From Spirochaetia bacterium (GTDB lineage Bacteria > Spirochaetota > Spirochaetia > SZUA-6 > Bin103), in NCBI GenBank assembly GCA_965198005.1, contig CBDAOI010000004.1, positions 2,144,001 through 2,208,000 on the forward strand: a stretch of 64,000 bases of DNA, written 5' to 3'. The notes beneath the pieces are model-generated. The model was not told the DNA's origin. It made no database searches and saw only the letters and a list, made by a program, of their open reading frames with translations. Shown in pieces: positions 63,082 to 64,000 of the stretch; position 1 is the stretch's first letter; each line of letters begins with the position of its first letter. Position numbers and translations under genes: made by a program.

Positions 63082-63353
63082 ATGAAGCCGACCACGCGGC
63101 TGCCGGCGGCCACGCCCACTTCGGCCAGCATCTCGCTCACGGCGGCCGCGCCGAACCGGTTCGCGCCGTCCAGCAGGTTGTCGATCCATTTTTGCTCGTA
63201 GCGCACCAGCCAGTCAGCGTCCAACCCCGTGGCCCGCGCAAACCGTTCGCATTGCGCGACAATGCCGGAACGCCAATCCACCACCGTGCCGAACACGTTG
63301 CACAGGCACGCCTTCAATTCCCCGCGCAGTCCGCTCGGTGCCGCCGTCTTCAT
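63082..63353 (-). pseudogene. Chimeric HAD 5' fragment fused in frame to methyltransferase 5' fragment
   Basis: MKTAAPSGLRGELK...GLDADW joined to LVRYEQKWIDNLLDG; junction ~63208. Confidence 0.8.
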
Positions 63354-63674
63354 CCTCCCGCGGTGACCCCCATACCCTCACCCTCGGCGGCAGGCCGGCG
63401 GGGCGGCCGTTCCTACGCCACGGCCGGGGAAACAACCCGGCAGGGGCGACTCATCGGCCGGTCCGGGCTGGCCGGAACACCGGCATCGAGGCAGCCGGGC
63501 GCGGACCGCCGGACTCGGCACGGCGCCAGTAGCGCCATGTTCACCGATGGCGATCCGCCCAGAAAATGTACTTGTGCCGTATAATTCACAATTCGCCTTT
63601 ACAGGCGGTGCAAGCCCGTCGTACGGTGGCGGCTTCGAGCGGTCGATAAAGCAGGTAAAGCAGGCGGCGCCGTG

Positions 63675-64000
63675 ATGAAGATAGTATGTTGGAACGTAGA
63701 CAGACGCGTGGAGCCCTGGCGGTGGCTTGTCAAGATGGCAAAGGAGGGCGACGCCGACGTTGCGCTCCTGCAGGAGGCCGGGCAGCCGCCGGGGGACCTG
63801 ACAGGATCACTCGAACTTGACGATAGGATGTTCTGGCATCCGCTGGGGTTTGATCGTTTGCCAGTGGTCGTGAAGCTCTCCGATGCCGTCACGGTCGAGC
63901 CATACCGGCTGATGCCGCTGCTCCATGGTTTGCCAAAGGACGCGATGGGCGTCAGTGACATAGGCACCATCGCGGCCGCAAAGGTGACGCCGGTTGGCGA
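63675..64000 (+). CDS. Endonuclease/exonuclease/phosphatase family protein, 5' part
   Basis: MKIVCWNV...DADVALLQEA; open to the window end. Confidence 0.8.
   Translation, partial: MKIVCWNVDRRVEPWRWLVKMAKEGDADVALLQEAGQPPGDLTGSLELDDRMFWHPLGFDRLPVVVKLSDAVTVEPYRLMPLLHGLPKDAMGVSDIGTIAAAKVTPVG

Larger units (their letters stand above)
60707..63208. repeat. ~1-kb near-identical duplication (60707-61710 and 62216-63208)
   Basis: Both copies run AGGTCGGGCGGTCCGATTGACAG...TAGCGCACCA; they differ by one 21-bp unit, one 12-bp unit, a 2-G indel and a few SNPs. Confidence 0.95.

Overview
High-GC bacterial chromosome segment, most likely from a member of Spirochaetota. This rests on the gene order rpsF-ssb-rpsR-DUF2232-rplI-dnaB converging on rseP-cdsA-frr-tsf-rpsB-maf and on the spirochaete-type RpsB N-terminus. 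Positions 1-23 kb are core housekeeping genes (PBP1A, gcvH, mutL, ribosomal, replication and translation genes). Positions 23-64 kb are mostly accessory metabolism: Fe3+ ABC transporter and ferritin, a TPP enzyme, an EndoQ-UvrD fusion, pdxST/yggS, lipid-modifying enzymes, a leishmanolysin-like lipoprotein and a GcvT/TauD/HD-oxygenase cluster. Lower-GC inserts carry ABC-ATPase/TOPRIM defence-like genes, an orphan DNA methyltransferase and a duplicated two-gene cassette. The most unusual items are: (1) a tRNA-like gene with a serine-type body but a CAG (Leu) anticodon, embedded in the 3' end of the methyltransferase ORF and flanked by diverged direct repeats; (2) a promoter- and terminator-bounded ~190-nt structured RNA with an exposed CCCCUCC loop upstream of PBP1A; (3) a 28-bp palindromic direct repeat with a 16-codon mini-ORF where uppS is expected; (4) a duplicated cassette of small membrane proteins with variable repeat number. 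Several short frameshifts are probably assembly indels. All calls come from reading motifs by eye; no database searches were run.
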